A stretch of DNA of 63,711 bases, filler included, from Octopus bimaculoides (GCF_001194135.2; 7 parts of 6 records of this genome joined end to end with filler, not necessarily neighbours in it); one strand, 5' to 3'. Numbered from the whole stretch's first letter, positions 1 through 12,845 are shown. Notes: generated from the letters alone by a model not told the origin. Made by a program: numbers and translations.

Positions 1-43
<43 letters not shown>

Positions 44-54
44 ATGTATGTATG

Positions 55-89
<35 letters not shown>

Positions 90-375
90 CGAGAGAGAGG
101 TAGATAGAGATACAGAGAGAGAGGAAAAAGATAGAAAGATAGATACCAGTATGCATATATATAGTGTGTATATATATGTGCGTTTATAGATATGGTATGT
201 ATGTGAAAGAGAGAGAGAATATATAAATGACATTTAGATATAAAAAGTACCGATCGCTTTACACTGCAAATCAAATTGCACCCGAGTAAGTAAATACGGT
301 AGCTATGACAACGATTGTGTGTGTGTGTGTGTGTGTGTGTGTATGCTTATATATATATACATATATATATTTGTA

Positions 376-406
<31 letters not shown>

Positions 407-445
407 TTATATTTGTATGTATTTGTATGTATATATATGTGTGTT
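1..445. repeat. Compound microsatellites (TG)n/(TATG)n/(TA)n/(GA)n with a short unique spacer
   Basis: Directly visible di- and tetranucleotide runs at 1-240 and 316-445. Confidence 0.95.
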
Positions 446-665
446 TGTTTCTTCGTGTCTGTCCCACCATCACCACTGACAACAGGTGTTGGTGTGTTTA
501 CGTTCCCATAACCTAGCGGTTCGGCAATAAAGACCGATAGAATAAGTACAATGCTTTTAAAAGTCCAGGTGGGGGGAGGAGGATTTGTTCGACTAAGACC
601 TCCCTCCCTCCAGCTGGTGCTCCAGCATGGCCGCAGTCAACTGGCAGAACCAAGTAAAGAAAATA
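445..665 (+). mobile_element. SINE family A, 3' module
   Basis: Recurrent motif chain gacaac..gttggtgtgtttacgt..taac(c/t)tagcggttcggcaa..gaccgatagaataagtac..tcgactaa..ggtgctccagcatggccgcagtc, seen more than 10 times in the window. Confidence 0.85.
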
Positions 666-1244
666 AGGGACATAGCGGCGCTCCTACGACTGAACTAAGA
701 AGCAGATGACTCGAAGAAACCCCAAACAAACCACATTTGATGAACTTGAGAAGAGATAGGAAGAGACGAAGAAGGCTAGTCCCGAGTCTAAAATACTTCA
801 AGTATTCACATGACATAAACTGACCAAATACTGACCTAAATTGACCCGATCCGGCCTTACCTCATCTGACGTGAAATGTTCCACACCAACGTATTTCCTA
901 AAATTTTGGAGGATGTTATCACATTAACAAAAATACTTCCAAATAATGTAAGAAGGGGAGGAGAGAGGTGAGGTAGTAAGAGGGAAAAGGAGTTGGTAAG
1001 ATGAAGAAGGAGTGAGCATAAGAAGAAGAAAAATAAAGAAGAAAAGGAAGAGAAAGAAAGAATAGGAAAGGAGTGAAATTCCTATTTGTTTTCAGGAGGT
1101 TATTTGAGGAAATTGCACAGGACTTCCGGTGTGACAAAGCAGATTGTTGGTCCAAATATAGATATAATAATATAGGATGTTCAAAAAGTGTCTCCGCAGT
1201 GAATCTTTTTCATCCAAGATGTATTTCAAATCGTGTGTATACGA

Positions 1245-1525
1245 GTCAATGGCTCCGTGGTTAGGGCAGCGGGTTCGCGGTTGTAGGATCACGGTTTCGA
1301 TTCCCAGACCAGGCGTTGTGAGGTTTATTGAGCGAAAACACCTAAAGCTCCACGAGGCTCCGGCAGGGGATTGTGGTGAACGCTGCTGTACTCTTTCACC
1401 ACAACTTTCTCTCTTTCTTCTTGCTTCTGTTGTGCCTGTATTTCAAAAGAGCCAGCCTTGTCACACTATGCGTCACGCTGAATCTCCCCAAGAATTACGT
1501 TATGGGTACGCGTGTCTGTGGAGTG
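1245..1525 (+). mobile_element. tRNA-derived SINE family D, runs into a gap
   Basis: A-box-like TGGCTCCGTGGTTAG (1250-1264) and B-box-like GGTTTCGATTCCC (1293-1305); body closely matches the reverse complement of 10250-10515. Confidence 0.85.
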
Positions 1526-2008
1526 NNNNNNNNNNNNNNNNNNNNNNNNNNNNNNNNNNNNNNNNNNNNNNNNNNNNNNNNNNNNNNNNNNNNNNNNNNN
1601 NNNNNNNNNNNNNNNNNNNNNNNNNNNNNNNNNNNNNNNNNNNNNNNNNNNNNNNNNNNNNNNNNNNNNNNNNNNNNNNNNNNNNNNNNNNNNNNNNNNN
1701 NNNNNNNNNNNNNNNNNNNNNNNNNNNNNNNNNNNNNNNNNNNNNNNNNNNNNNNNNNNNNNNNNNNNNNNNNNNNNNNNNNNNNNNNNNNNNNNNNNNN
1801 NNNNNNNNNNNNNNNNNNNNNNNNNNNNNNNNNNNNNNNNNNNNNNNNNNNNNNNNNNNNNNNNNNNNNNNNNNNNNNNNNNNNNNNNNNNNNNNNNNNN
1901 NNNNNNNNNNNNNNNNNNNNNNNNGAGCTGTGCAGATAATATCGGACTGACTTGGTGCTTCCACTTAAGTACCCAATCCAACTGAATTTCAATTACACAC
2001 ACACACAC

Positions 2009-2172
2009 GTGGTGTGTTTACGTCCCCGTAACTTAGCGCTTCGGGAAAAAGAAACCGATAGAGTAAGTACTAGGCTTAAAAAAAGTCCTGGAGTCGCTGT
2101 ATTCGACGAAAAACGTTTCAAAGCTGTGCTCCAGTATGACCGCAATCAAATGACTAAAACAACTAAATAGAG
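2009..2172 (+). mobile_element. SINE family A, 3' module
   Basis: Same motif chain as 445-665. Confidence 0.85.
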
Positions 2173-2449
2173 CAATAGAAAAATATATTAGTAAATAAAT
2201 GCCACAGTTGTTAAAAAAAAAAAAAGAGTATCGGATTTAATGATCGGAGAGACACGGAGATAACGTTTGTTTATGAGATTAAAATGATCTTGTTTATCGT
2301 TGAACAATGAAATAAAACAGACTTCTTTAGCTCTTTGACACGCGTTGTAATTTGTGAGAAAGAACGCTGCTGACAGAGGTGTCGTGCTGCTGTTGGTGGT
2401 GGTGGAGTTCATTTTTATCAGGCTCCTTACATCGTTCAGTATCCAGTCT

Positions 2450-2864
2450 ATGATGATGATGTAGCTTCTATGTCAGGCATGAGCAAGTTGCGGCACTCTG
2501 GCTGCATACAACTACATCTACCCTTCTGTCCTGGCCTCTACTTCACTGCTTCTGTCCCTTCCTCCTTGTTCCATTTCCTCCCTCCACCATCCTCTCTGCT
2601 CTCGTGTGACCTGTGGTCAGCTTTCTTTTCACTCCAGCCGCTGTGAAGGCAAGACGAACTACTAGCGTTCTACCTCAGATTTGCGTTTGGCCATACGGCT
2701 TTTGAATGTTGTTTTCACTATCCATTTTTTCCTGTCTTGGTTTGTGTTTGCCACCTTGGAATCCTCTGTGTAGTGGGTTGATCCACTACTCAGGAAGAGA
2801 CTATTCTAGAGTACGTCCTGTCTGGTCTTCGAAACGTCTAGATAGAATAGAGACAGCTGATGAA
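2450..2864 (-). mobile_element. Possible 3' end of a decayed RTE-like LINE with (CAT)4 tail
   Basis: Minus-strand fragments RRPDRTYSRIVSS, GGKHKPRQ and NQDRKKW loosely resemble the RTE C-terminus; ends in a short tandem tail (atgatgatgatg, 2451-2462 on +). Confidence 0.35.
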
Positions 2865-3730
2865 NNNNNNNNNNNNNNNNNNNNNNNNNNNNNNNNNNNN
2901 NNNNNNNNNNNNNNNNNNNNNNNNNNNNNNNNNNNNNNNNNNNNNNNNNNNNNNNNNNNNNNNNNNNNNNNNNNNNNNNNNNNNNNNNNNNNNNNNNNNN
3001 NNNNNNNNNNNNNNNNNNNNNNNNNNNNNNNNNNNNNNNNNNNNNNNNNNNNNNNNNNNNNNNNNNNNNNNNNNNNNNNNNNNNNNNNNNNNNNNNNNNN
3101 NNNNNNNNNNNNNNNNNNNNNNNNNNNNNNNNNNNNNNNNNNNNNNNNNNNNNNNNNNNNNNNNNNNNNNNNNNNNNNNNNNNNNNNNNNNNNNNNNNNN
3201 NNNNNNNNNNNNNNNNNNNNNNNNNNNNNNNNNNNNNNNNNNNNNNNNNNNNNNNNNNNNNNNNNNNNNNNNNNNNNNNNNNNNNNNNNNNNNNNNNNNN
3301 NNNNNNNNNNNNNNNNNNNNNNNNNNNNNNNNNNNNNNNNNNNNNNNNNNNNNNNNNNNNNNNNNNNNNNNNNNNNNNNNNNNNNNNNNNNNNNNNNNNN
3401 NNNNNNNNNNNNNNNNNNNNNNNNNNNNNNNNNNNNNNNNNNNNNNNNNNNNNNNNNNNNNNNNNNNNNNNNNNNNNNNNNNNNNNNNNNNNNNNNNNNN
3501 NNNNNNNNNNNNNNNNNNNNNNNNNNNNNNNNNNNNNNNNNTGATTTCCGTTCCGAAATTAGTATTTTCCCAAATTGATCTGTATTTGCGGTTTATTTTT
3601 CAGCATAGTCATACAAGTATAGGAAAAGGGCGGAAAACACTTGACAGACAAACAGACAGACAGACAGAACAACGACAACAGTTGCAAGCAAGCAATGTCG
3701 CTTAGAGCGTCGTAATATTCTGGCTCTTTA

Positions 3731-4240
3731 AGGCGGCGAGCTGGCAGAAACGTTAGCACGCCGGGGGAAATGCTTAGCAGTCTTTACGTTCTGGGTTCAA
3801 ATTCCGCCGAGGTCGACTTTACCTTTCATCCTTCCGGGGTCGATAAATTAAGTACCAGGTGCGAACTGGGTCGATCTAATCGACTGGCCCTCCGCCCCCA
3901 AAACTTCGGGCCTTGTGCCTAGGGTAGAAAAGAATATTCCGTCTCTTTATGTTCTGAGCTCAACTTCGTTTTTCATCCATTTGGGAGCTGATGAAATGAA
4001 ATGCCAGTCAAATACTAGGATCAATATAATCGATTAATCCCCTTTCTTTAGAATTGCTGGTCTTGAACCTAAATCAGAAGCAATAGTTTGTTCTGGGTCT
4101 TTACGTTCTGAGTTCAAATCCCGCAGAGATCAACTTTGCTGTTCATCTTTTCAGAGTCGATAAAATAAGTGGGGGTGGGGGTGCAATTGGCTTGATCCCC
4201 CACCCCACTAACTCTTCAAAATTGCTACGCTTGAGCGAAA
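3731..4240 (+). mobile_element. Three tandem copies of tRNA-derived SINE family B
   Basis: First copy: GGCGGCGAGCTGGCAGAAACGTTAGC (A box), GGGTTCAAATTCC (B box), core gtcgactttacctttcatccttccggggtcgataaattaagtaccag. Two more decayed copies start near 3936 and 4090. Confidence 0.85.
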
Positions 4241-4310
4241 ATCATAAAGAACTTTTAGTATTATTGTTGGCGAAAATGAAGCTATTATGGCTCCAAAGAA
4301 TCTTTTCAAG

Positions 4311-4660
4311 TTTAGTCAAGCAAATCGACCCCACGACTAATTATTTTTGAAACCTAGTACTTATTCTATCGGTTCCCTTTTGCCGAACCGCAAGGTTACG
4401 AGGACGTAAACACGCCACCGCCGGTTGACAAGCACAAAGAGACAAAGTGTGTGTGTGTATTTATACTCTCCCCATCACCGCTTGATGACCGGCGTTCGTT
4501 TCTTTTACGTCCCTGTAACTTAGCGATTCGGTATATGAGACGGATAACATAATTAGCAGACTTTAAAAAGTATATAGTTGTGGTCAATCTGTTCGACTAA
4601 TCCTTTCAAAGCGGTGCTCCTGTATGGCCGTAACCCACTGATCGGAACAAGTAGAAAGGA
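4311..4660. mobile_element. Inverted pair of SINE A modules (minus 4311-4459, plus 4470-4660)
   Basis: Family A motifs in opposite orientations around a short (TG)n spacer. Confidence 0.75.
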
Positions 4661-5912
4661 AAAAGAACAAAAGCAAAAGGAAACTTTGAATTAAATTTTA
4701 GAAAAGAGGTTATCTCACGGCTAGACGAAGGATATCTCACCATGAGGGTGTATGGTGTTGTTTTTGTAGACTTGTTTGGTGGAACAGGATTAAAAGACAA
4801 CTTGATACATACCTGGAAAGAGATAAAATGAATGACAGTGTTAGCTTCAATAAATCACAACACATAAAAAAAGAATGTGTGTGTGTGTGTGTGTTTAACG
4901 AGTCTTGCGTCACTTCATTTATCTGTAATTTAACAGTTCAACAAACATTTCGGAAAGGAGAAAAAGTATTGAGTTGAAATATGTATAGCTACGCAGGAAG
5001 TGTTCCAGCATTGCCGCAATCCAAAGACCGGAACCAATAAATGGACACCGCAATTGATCCAACGAGTTCAAAACATTATTGATGATGATCCCGCAAAAGT
5101 AATGAGAGACAAAGAAATTAAGGTACTACAATAGACGATAAGAACTATAATGCATGAGGACATCCGATATAAGTCGTATGTACTGAGAAGAGGCTTTCTC
5201 TTGTCTGCAAAGTAAACAGTAAAACCGCCCGATTCGTGCCAAGCGGCAGCTTAACAATGATGAAAACCGTCACGAACTTAATGGTATATAAATGGTTCTT
5301 AATGGTATATAAATTTAAATTACATTTTAATATGAAATAGATTGTTTAATCTTATTGTTTTTGATAAATAGTATATGTATTGTATATCAGTGAATATGCT
5401 GATGCATGTCATATGTGAACGTGAAGTTTATTCTGTACACTCATATATGTAAATATTAACATGCATATGTACTAAACACACATAAATGTTAAAAGGTGCG
5501 TATATAAGTATATGTACTAATATATATATAAAATGTGTGAATATATTAATATATCTATTTATTAAATGCTTGTATTAATATATATATTAAATGTATGCAG
5601 TAATATGTTTAGATATTGTGTGTGTGTTTATCTATCTATCTATATATCTATATATATATATAACGATAGATTGATAGATAGATAGATAGCGACAGAGAGA
5701 TATAGATATAGAGAGATAAAGATAGATGCAGCCTTTCTCCATACCCTAGAGGGGCCATAGACCAAAAGGTTTTAGGACCTAAACGCTTTATGGACGTGAA
5801 ACCATAAAACCCAGGGTAACGCCATAGAGCAGCCATATCTATCGTTATCTATATACTCTACTGCTCTATAACTGAAAATGCGGTTCTATTTCGGATTTAT
5901 GATTTACTGAAG

Positions 5913-5952
<40 letters not shown>

Positions 5953-6214
5953 TACACATTAGACGTGTGCAGGTATAGCTGTTTATAATTAAGTGTATGT
6001 CATAATAAGCATAAACGCGTATAAATATTATGTGTGTGGGTAGTTATATATGTAAGATTTTTCTTTTTACGTTTCACTCGGCTGTGATGCTTATTTAATG
6101 AAGCGAAGTCCGCAACTAAACTTATATCAAAGCTAATCACAGACGGCTACTCCCTTTGAGATGCCGACAAACACGTTTAAAACAACATCAGGTTCATGAA
6201 GGAATGTGCGTGTA

Positions 6215-7156
6215 TATATATATATTTATATATATATACACACACACACACACATACATACACACACACACACATACCTATATATACACATATACATACA
6301 TATATACAATTATACATACACACGTACATAAACACATACATACATACATATATATACACATATATATATATAAATATCTATATACCCATACACACATATA
6401 TAAACGTATATATATATATATAACCATATACACATACATACATATACACACACACATATGTATACACAAACACATATACACACATACATACATATATACA
6501 CATACACATATACACACATATATATGCATACACAAACATATATATACATACACACATACATACACACATACATACNNNNNNNNNNNNNNNNNNNNNNNNN
6601 NNNNNNNNNNNNNNNNNNNNNNNNNNNNNNNNNNNNNNNNNNNNNNNNNNNNNNNNNNNNNNNNNNNNNNNNNNNNNNNNNNNNNNNNNNNNNNNNNNNN
6701 NNNNNNNNNNNNNNNNNNNNNNNNNNNNNNNNNNNNNNNNNNNNNNNNNNNNNNNNNNNNNNNNNNNNNNNNNNNNNNNNNNNNNNNNNNNNNNNNNNNN
6801 NNNNNNNNNNNNNNNNNNNNNNNNNNNNNNNNNNNNNNNNNNNNNNNNNNNNNNNNNNNNNNNNNNNNNNNNNNNNNNNNNNNNNNNNNNNNNNNNNNNN
6901 NNNNNNNNNNNNNNNNNNNNNNNNNNNNNNNNNNNNNNNNNATACATACACACACATACATACACACACATACATACACACACATACATACATACATAAT
7001 TATTTATACATAAACACAATTACATATATATACTCATACCTATATATACTCATACCTATATATACACACACACACACATATATATATATGCACATATATA
7101 TATACATACATATACACATGTATATATGCACACACACATATATATACATATATACG

Positions 7157-7200
<44 letters not shown>

Positions 7201-7250
7201 GCATATATATGTACACACGCACACATATACGTGCATATGTAAATTTACAT
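6215..7250. repeat. Degenerate (TA)/(CA)/(TACA) microsatellite field spanning a gap
   Basis: Directly visible. Confidence 0.9.
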
Positions 7251-7569
7251 AATATACAAGTGGAAAAATGACATGGACAACAACACACAACACCAAAATC
7301 TTTAGCAAATATTCTTAAGCTTCCACCATTTATTTAATTTCGTTCTATATTTTTATATGTCTCTCTTGTGCTCTTTTACACATGTGGATGGCCATTGTCA
7401 ACTAAACACGTGTTGTTGAAACACCGGAAGCTGCGGTTTGTTGTCCGGGAAAAAATCCCTTTAAAGATGCAAGGTATTAAAAACCACAATATACTTCAGA
7501 GTTGGGCGAAAGGAAATCGTTCTAGTAGTTATCACGAGAGCGGAAGATACGTATTTCGCTGTTGATACG

Positions 7570-7762
7570 GTTTATCAATACCGCGCTCTTGAGTGCAATT
7601 ATGTTTGTATTATAGAGCTGCATCTATTGCATAATCTAAATTTATTCTATATGTGCATCACCATTGTAAATTAGGAAATAGTTTTTACGCTATCTGTATA
7701 TACTTCAGGCTGGAGATTCGATTTTGTTTCGGAAGTAACTCGAGTGCGCGGTATTGATAAAC
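7570..7762. mobile_element. 193-bp MITE-like element with 25-bp terminal inverted repeats
   Basis: gtttatcaataccgcgctcttgagt (7570-7594) vs actcgagtgcgcggtattgataaac (7738-7762): 23/25 complementary; AT-rich interior; TA near both ends but no clean TSD. Confidence 0.65.
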
Positions 7763-8115
7763 TACAAATACACCGAACTTCTCTACATTAAGAGCTGAAA
7801 TGTAAGACCTTCTTTACCCTGATGACGGGGGCTCGTCTCATCCAATATTAATTGCATCCATACGGCCACATATCGAGCCACCAGAAACAGCTGTTGGACT
7901 TATAACACCTTTCTTCCACGCCTCTAATTTTATGTCATTTGTACTCTGTGTAAGATGGGCCTATTATTATAAATATCTATATATTTATAGATAAAAAATC
8001 ATCATGTAAAAGTTTCCAACTTTTATTTGCTCTCGTTTTACATGTATACATATTTTGTATTTGATGTATTTAAAATATTTAATCTGTTTATCCGCATAAT
8101 CGCTTCTCTATCTGC

Positions 8116-8159
<44 letters not shown>

Positions 8160-8169
8160 GCGCGCACCG

Positions 8170-8306
8170 TGTTTCCGTCTACCAAGTTCACTCACAAGTC
8201 TTTGTTCGACTCAGAGCTACAGTAGAAGATACTTGCCCAACGTACCGCGCAGTGGGACTGAACCCGAAATCATAAAGTTGCAAAACGAGTTTCTTAACCA
8301 CATAGC
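8170..8306 (-). mobile_element. SINE family C head (tRNA-like part + CORE-like segment)
   Basis: Reverse complement reads gctatgtggttaagaaac..gggttcagtcccactgcgcggtacgttgggcaagtatcttctac..ggtagacggaaac. Confidence 0.8.
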
Positions 8307-9479
8307 TAAGATTTATTAAATGTAGTTAGATTATAGTTTGCAAAATTTACACCATGGGAAACAAACAATGAATGTGAATACATCGAATTATTTTTGCAAA
8401 CAGAAAAATAAGAAGATTGTCCCGACATGCCTCATTGTTCGTTGGTCATTCTTCAGTAGAAACGCTCCTTCAAACTTTGTCCAAGAAGCAAACTTCATAG
8501 TAATTGCTATTTAAATCAGTCACAAACTTTTAGTTGGCTGAAATGAGCTTATAAGAAACACATACGGTGATGAAACTATAACTTGCCTCATTTCAACTTG
8601 TATGCGGAGTAACTCAAAGAATATTTTGTCCATATTAATCCTCCTCAGAGTAGCATGGGCTTGATCAAGTTTTTGAAAGTATTGACGAGAGTATCATTTA
8701 GACGAAAGGGTGAAGATAAGTATATTGAAATAGTGAAACAATACAATGAATATGTGGAGAACAAATACAAATAGATAGAATAAGTTCGGAATGAATTCAG
8801 AAGAAAGAGGTAGGTATGTAGAAAAGGAAAGAAGGAGATGTGATGAGAAGGAGAGAAATAGAATAGGGGTGAGAAAGCGATGGAGAAAAATGTGAAAGAG
8901 AAAGAAAAAGAATGTGAGGGGAAAGAGAGAAAGACTGAAAGTGAAATAAAAAGAGAAAAAGAGTGAAAAAGAGAGGAAGAGAAAAGAGAGAGACAAAGAA
9001 AATAAGAACGAACTTGAAATAGAGAGTTAAAAAAAAAAAGAGAAATTCCACATACTTGACATGACAACCAGTGATATAACATTTACACCATCCCACCATT
9101 TGTAATTACCGTCATACCATTACTACAGTCTCAACAATCACCACCGCTTCTACCACCACCACCAGGATCGCAAACACTAAACTGCTGCCGTTGAAAAGTG
9201 TCGGCTGCTTCTTCCAGTTCTTCCGCCATTGCTACAACTCTTGCTGCGATTATAAGTCCAGCTTTTCTCTTCTACCGTTGCTGGCGCTGTCGTCGAAGTG
9301 GCATCTCATTGAGTCATTTCTATTAATGACATAACTGAGTAGTGGAGTACTTATAGTAAACACACATACACACACAAAAAGAAATGAAAGATTGTGAGCG
9401 GGAGAGATCGATAGATAAAGAGAGGAACAGCAAGATAGATGGAAGTGTGGTTAGAGATAAGTGTGTATATGTGTGTTTG

Positions 9480-9531
<52 letters not shown>

Positions 9532-9540
9532 CACATATAC

Positions 9541-9601
<61 letters not shown>

Positions 9602-10249
9602 CAAAGGCATTCTCAAACTGGAGATCTGGGCCGAATGATTATGGGGATAATTATAATCTTGGCTGTCATTTCATTAGCGTATCATCCTGGATTTCGGCTA
9701 CCNNNNNNNNNNNNNNNNNNNNNNNNNNNNNNNNNNNNNNNNNNNNNNNNNNNNNNNNNNNNNNNNNNNNNNNNNNNNNNNNNNNNNNNNNNNNNNNNNN
9801 NNNNNNNNNNNNNNNNNNNNNNNNNNNNNNNNNNNNNNNNNNNNNNNNNNNNNNNNNNNNNNNNNNNNNNNNNNNNNNNNNNNNNNNNNNNNNNNNNNNN
9901 NNNNNNNNNNNNNNNNNNNNNNNNNNNNNNNNNNNNNNNNNNNNNNNNNNNNNNNNNNNNNNNNNNNNNNNNNNNNNNNNNNNNNNNNNNNNNNNNNNNN
10001 NNNNNNNNNNNNNNNNNNNNNNNNNNNNNNNNNNNNNNNNNNNNNNNNNNNNNNNNNNNNNNNNNNNNNNNNNNNNNNNNNNNNNNNNNNNNNNNNNNNN
10101 NNNNNNNNNNNNNNNNNNNNNNNNNNNNNNNNNNNNNNNNNNNNNNNNNNNNNNNNNNNNNNNNNNNNNNNNNNNNNNNNNNNNNNNNNNNNNNNNNNNN
10201 NNNNNNNNNNNNNNNNNNNNNNNNNNNNNNNNNNNNNNNNNNNNNNNNN

Positions 10250-10515
10250 AGTTCTCGGGGAGATTCAGCGTGACACAGTGTGACAAGGCTGGCCCCTTTG
10301 AATTACAGACACAACAGAAACAGGAAGGTAGAGTGAGAGAAAGTTGTGGTGGAAGAGTACAGCAGGGTTCGCCACCATCCCCTGCCGGAGCCTCGTGGAG
10401 CTTTAGGTGTTTTCGCTCAATAAACACTCACAATGCCCGGTATGGGAATCGAAACCACGATCCTATGACCGCGAGTCCGCTGCCCTAACCACTAGGCCAT
10501 TGCGCCTTCACTCTG
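10250..10515 (-). mobile_element. tRNA-derived SINE family D
   Basis: Reverse complement begins gaaggcgcaatggcctagtggttagggcagcggactcgcgg..ggtttcgattccc; matches 1245-1525. Confidence 0.85.
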
Positions 10516-10570
10516 AAAGAGTTTAAAATGAAGACAATAACGGAAGTGTCATATGAACTTTTATTATTTC

Positions 10571-10810
10571 GTGAAGGCACGTGACCTCGTGATCAGATCT
10601 TTTGCAAGATCATGGGTTTGATCCTCAGATCAAGTTGTGTAGTGTGCTCTTGAGCAAAACACTTGATTTCACGTTGTCCGAGTCTATTCAGCTGTAAACG
10701 AGTATCCCTGCGACGGTCCGGCGGCGGGTTCAGAGGGAATGTTGTGATCTCGGTCACTTATGCGTCATGAAAACCGAGAAAGCAGCCCCAATGAGTTATG
10801 GGACTCAAGA
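10571..10810 (+). mobile_element. tRNA-derived SINE family E, decayed
   Basis: Head gtgaaggcacgtgacc and internal cttgagcaaaacacttgatttcacgttg..cagct shared with 42994-43320. Confidence 0.6.
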
Positions 10811-11285
10811 CAGCCAAATACTAATTCCTTAAATATGTATTAAGCTAGAAAATTTAGTGTGGTGGGGAGATCGCTAAACTCAGGGCTGGATTGGCGCATT
10901 ATTTTATCAACCCCGGAGAAATAAAACTTTGAACTTGGAATATAGAGTCGAGACCAATTCTGTAAAGAATTTTATCCAAGGTTCTATCGATTCTGCCAAT
11001 GTCTTGCATCAGTCAACTTTTCCATTTAAGGCACAGGAACAGTCAATTTCATTGACCATAGTAGTTGGATGGTGTATTATTTTACGAATCCCAGCGGGAT
11101 TTGAACTCATAACAAAATGCCAGAATGAATACCACAAGGCATTATGTCTGAAGCTCTAATGATTCTGACAATGCATCGTTCAAGCTAAATAATGACAATT
11201 CTTAGTTATTTAAAACTTGTTCGTAGGAATGACATCGTCGTGTGAAGATGTCTGACTACTAGATGGAATGTGCATAAGTTAGAAC

Positions 11286-11690
11286 ACCAAAATGAAATTG
11301 TTCGAAACTTTGTTAAAGACGGTTCTGATGTCTGGCGCTGAAGCGTGGAAAATGACGAAAGGAGAGAAGCTAAGACGTCTTCCCGGTCAGATGTCTGAGG
11401 CTATGGTGGAAAGATCACAGAGAGAAGGATCGAGAGAGCTGGGGTGAAGAGCATGAGCAGCGAAGTACGGAGACGGAAGGGGAAGTACATTGGCCACATT
11501 CTAAGGAATGACTCCAATAACGACTGTATAGCAGCCATGAGAGGGAACTCTGAAGGGAGGCGGAAGCATGGAAGACCCAAGAACACATGGAGAGAAATTG
11601 CTGAAAAAGGGAAGCCAGTCGTTGGATGGGGAATGTGGAACCAAGTGCAAACCATGACTATCGACAGAACATCATGGATGGATAGAAAGA
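11286..11690 (+). mobile_element. 3' fragment of an RTE-clade LINE ORF (decayed)
   Basis: Translations TKMKLFETLLKTVLMSGAEAWKMT and EVRRRKGKYIGHILRN..EGRRKHGRPKNTW..DRTSW match the RTE C-terminal pattern (GHILR, GRPK..W, DR..W). Confidence 0.8.
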
Positions 11691-12046
11691 AAGGAGGAGG
11701 GAGGGAGAGAGAGAAAGTTAGTGGGAGATACTTATGTATTAAATGGCAATTTGAAGGAAAAGAAAAAAAGAAAAGAAAAAGAAGCAGTGTAGGAAGAAGA
11801 AGCAGAAGAAGAAGAAGAAGGGATGGGTGTTTAAATTTGCTTTAAGGATTTCGTTCTGCTTCATTTAAAGGTTTTTAACTCTAAATTCAACTTTACGATG
11901 AAAGCAAACAAACAAAGTATTTTCTTTTTTAGAAGCGTTGAGATGTATTGTAAGAACAGGAATAAATTTATTTCTCAAATGCGTGATAATGCTATAAATA
12001 GCGTGATCAGGATAAATTATCCATTTATTGCAGAAAAATACGTTAC

Positions 12047-12119
12047 TGGCCAGCCATGAGTCTCGAACTCACATCTCTGTGATTACGCGTCAAGTGCTTT
12101 ACCATTAAACTAAACTGCC
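12047..12119 (-). pseudogene. tRNA-like cloverleaf, probably a pseudo-tRNA(Thr, CGT) or isolated SINE head
   Basis: GGCAGTT TA GTTT AATGGTA AAGC A CTTGA CGCGTAA TCACA GAGAT GTGAG TTCGAGA CTCAT GGCTGGC CA. D and T arms pair; acceptor stem 6/7 with two G-T pairs; anticodon stem only 3/5; G at position 33; a T5 run lies 8 nt downstream. Confidence 0.55.
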
Positions 12120-12667
12120 TAGCAACGAATTCTTCTACTCAGCTTCGTGGAATCGGTACGAGATTTTCAACGAGAAAGGTCAGCTGAGATGAACAGCTAT
12201 TGATAGACAGATAGATACTTCTGATTGTGAAAAGGTCAACCAATCGACTTTCATATTAGGGAGCAGAGATAAATAAACAAGTATATAAATATTTATCCTT
12301 TAAAATCCTCTTTACAGCTCTGAGATATGAAGCTTTTAGTGTAAGTCCCCCACCAAATATACATATAAACACACACATATATGTTAAAAACAAACAAAAA
12401 ACCCGAACAACCTTTATAGCACCAAACGAAAATTGGTTAGCTTTTGGAAAGGAAGCCAGGAGCTTTTGCTTAAGATATTATTCCTCTATATTTAGCATCA
12501 ATTTGATAAGTTGACGCGGAAAAGAGGAAAAACACTGTAAGGCAAAACTGAGAATATATATATATATNNNNNNNNNNNNNNNNNNNNNNNNNNNNNNNNN
12601 NNNNNNNNNNNTTAATTAATTAANNNNNNNNNNNNNNNNNNNNNNNNNNNNNNNNNNNNNNNNNNNN

Positions 12668-12845
12668 CCCCACCGCTTGACAACCAGTGTTGGTGTGTTT
12701 ACGTCCACGTAATCTAGCGGTTCGGCAAATAATACCGATAGGATAAGTACAAAACTTAAAAAGAAAATTATGTACAAGGGTCGACTAAAATTCCTCAAGA
12801 TGGTACCCCAGGATGGCCACGGTCTAATAACTGAAAGAAGAGATA
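12668..12845 (+). mobile_element. SINE family A, 3' module
   Basis: ccaccgcttgacaaccagtgttggtgtgtttacgtcc..agcggttcggcaa..ccgataggataagtac. Confidence 0.85.

Noticed and set aside
2830-2864. CGAAACGTC followed by CTGATGAA, resembling a permuted hammerhead
   Set aside because: The intervening sequence does not form stem I and the remainder is lost in a gap; better explained as LINE coding debris on the other strand.
5648-5836. 62-aa ORF MAALWRYPGFYGF..
   Set aside because: No recognisable motif, ends in a microsatellite, no splice signals identified.
7819-7845. CTGATGA followed by a small hairpin
   Set aside because: No GAAA or stem III follows; not a hammerhead.
12612-12623. TTAATTAATTAA islands between N runs (also 23894, 48712, 52518, 56057, 61134)
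   Set aside because: Identical 12-mer always embedded in gaps; a scaffolding spacer, not biology. Adjacency across these joins is uncertain.
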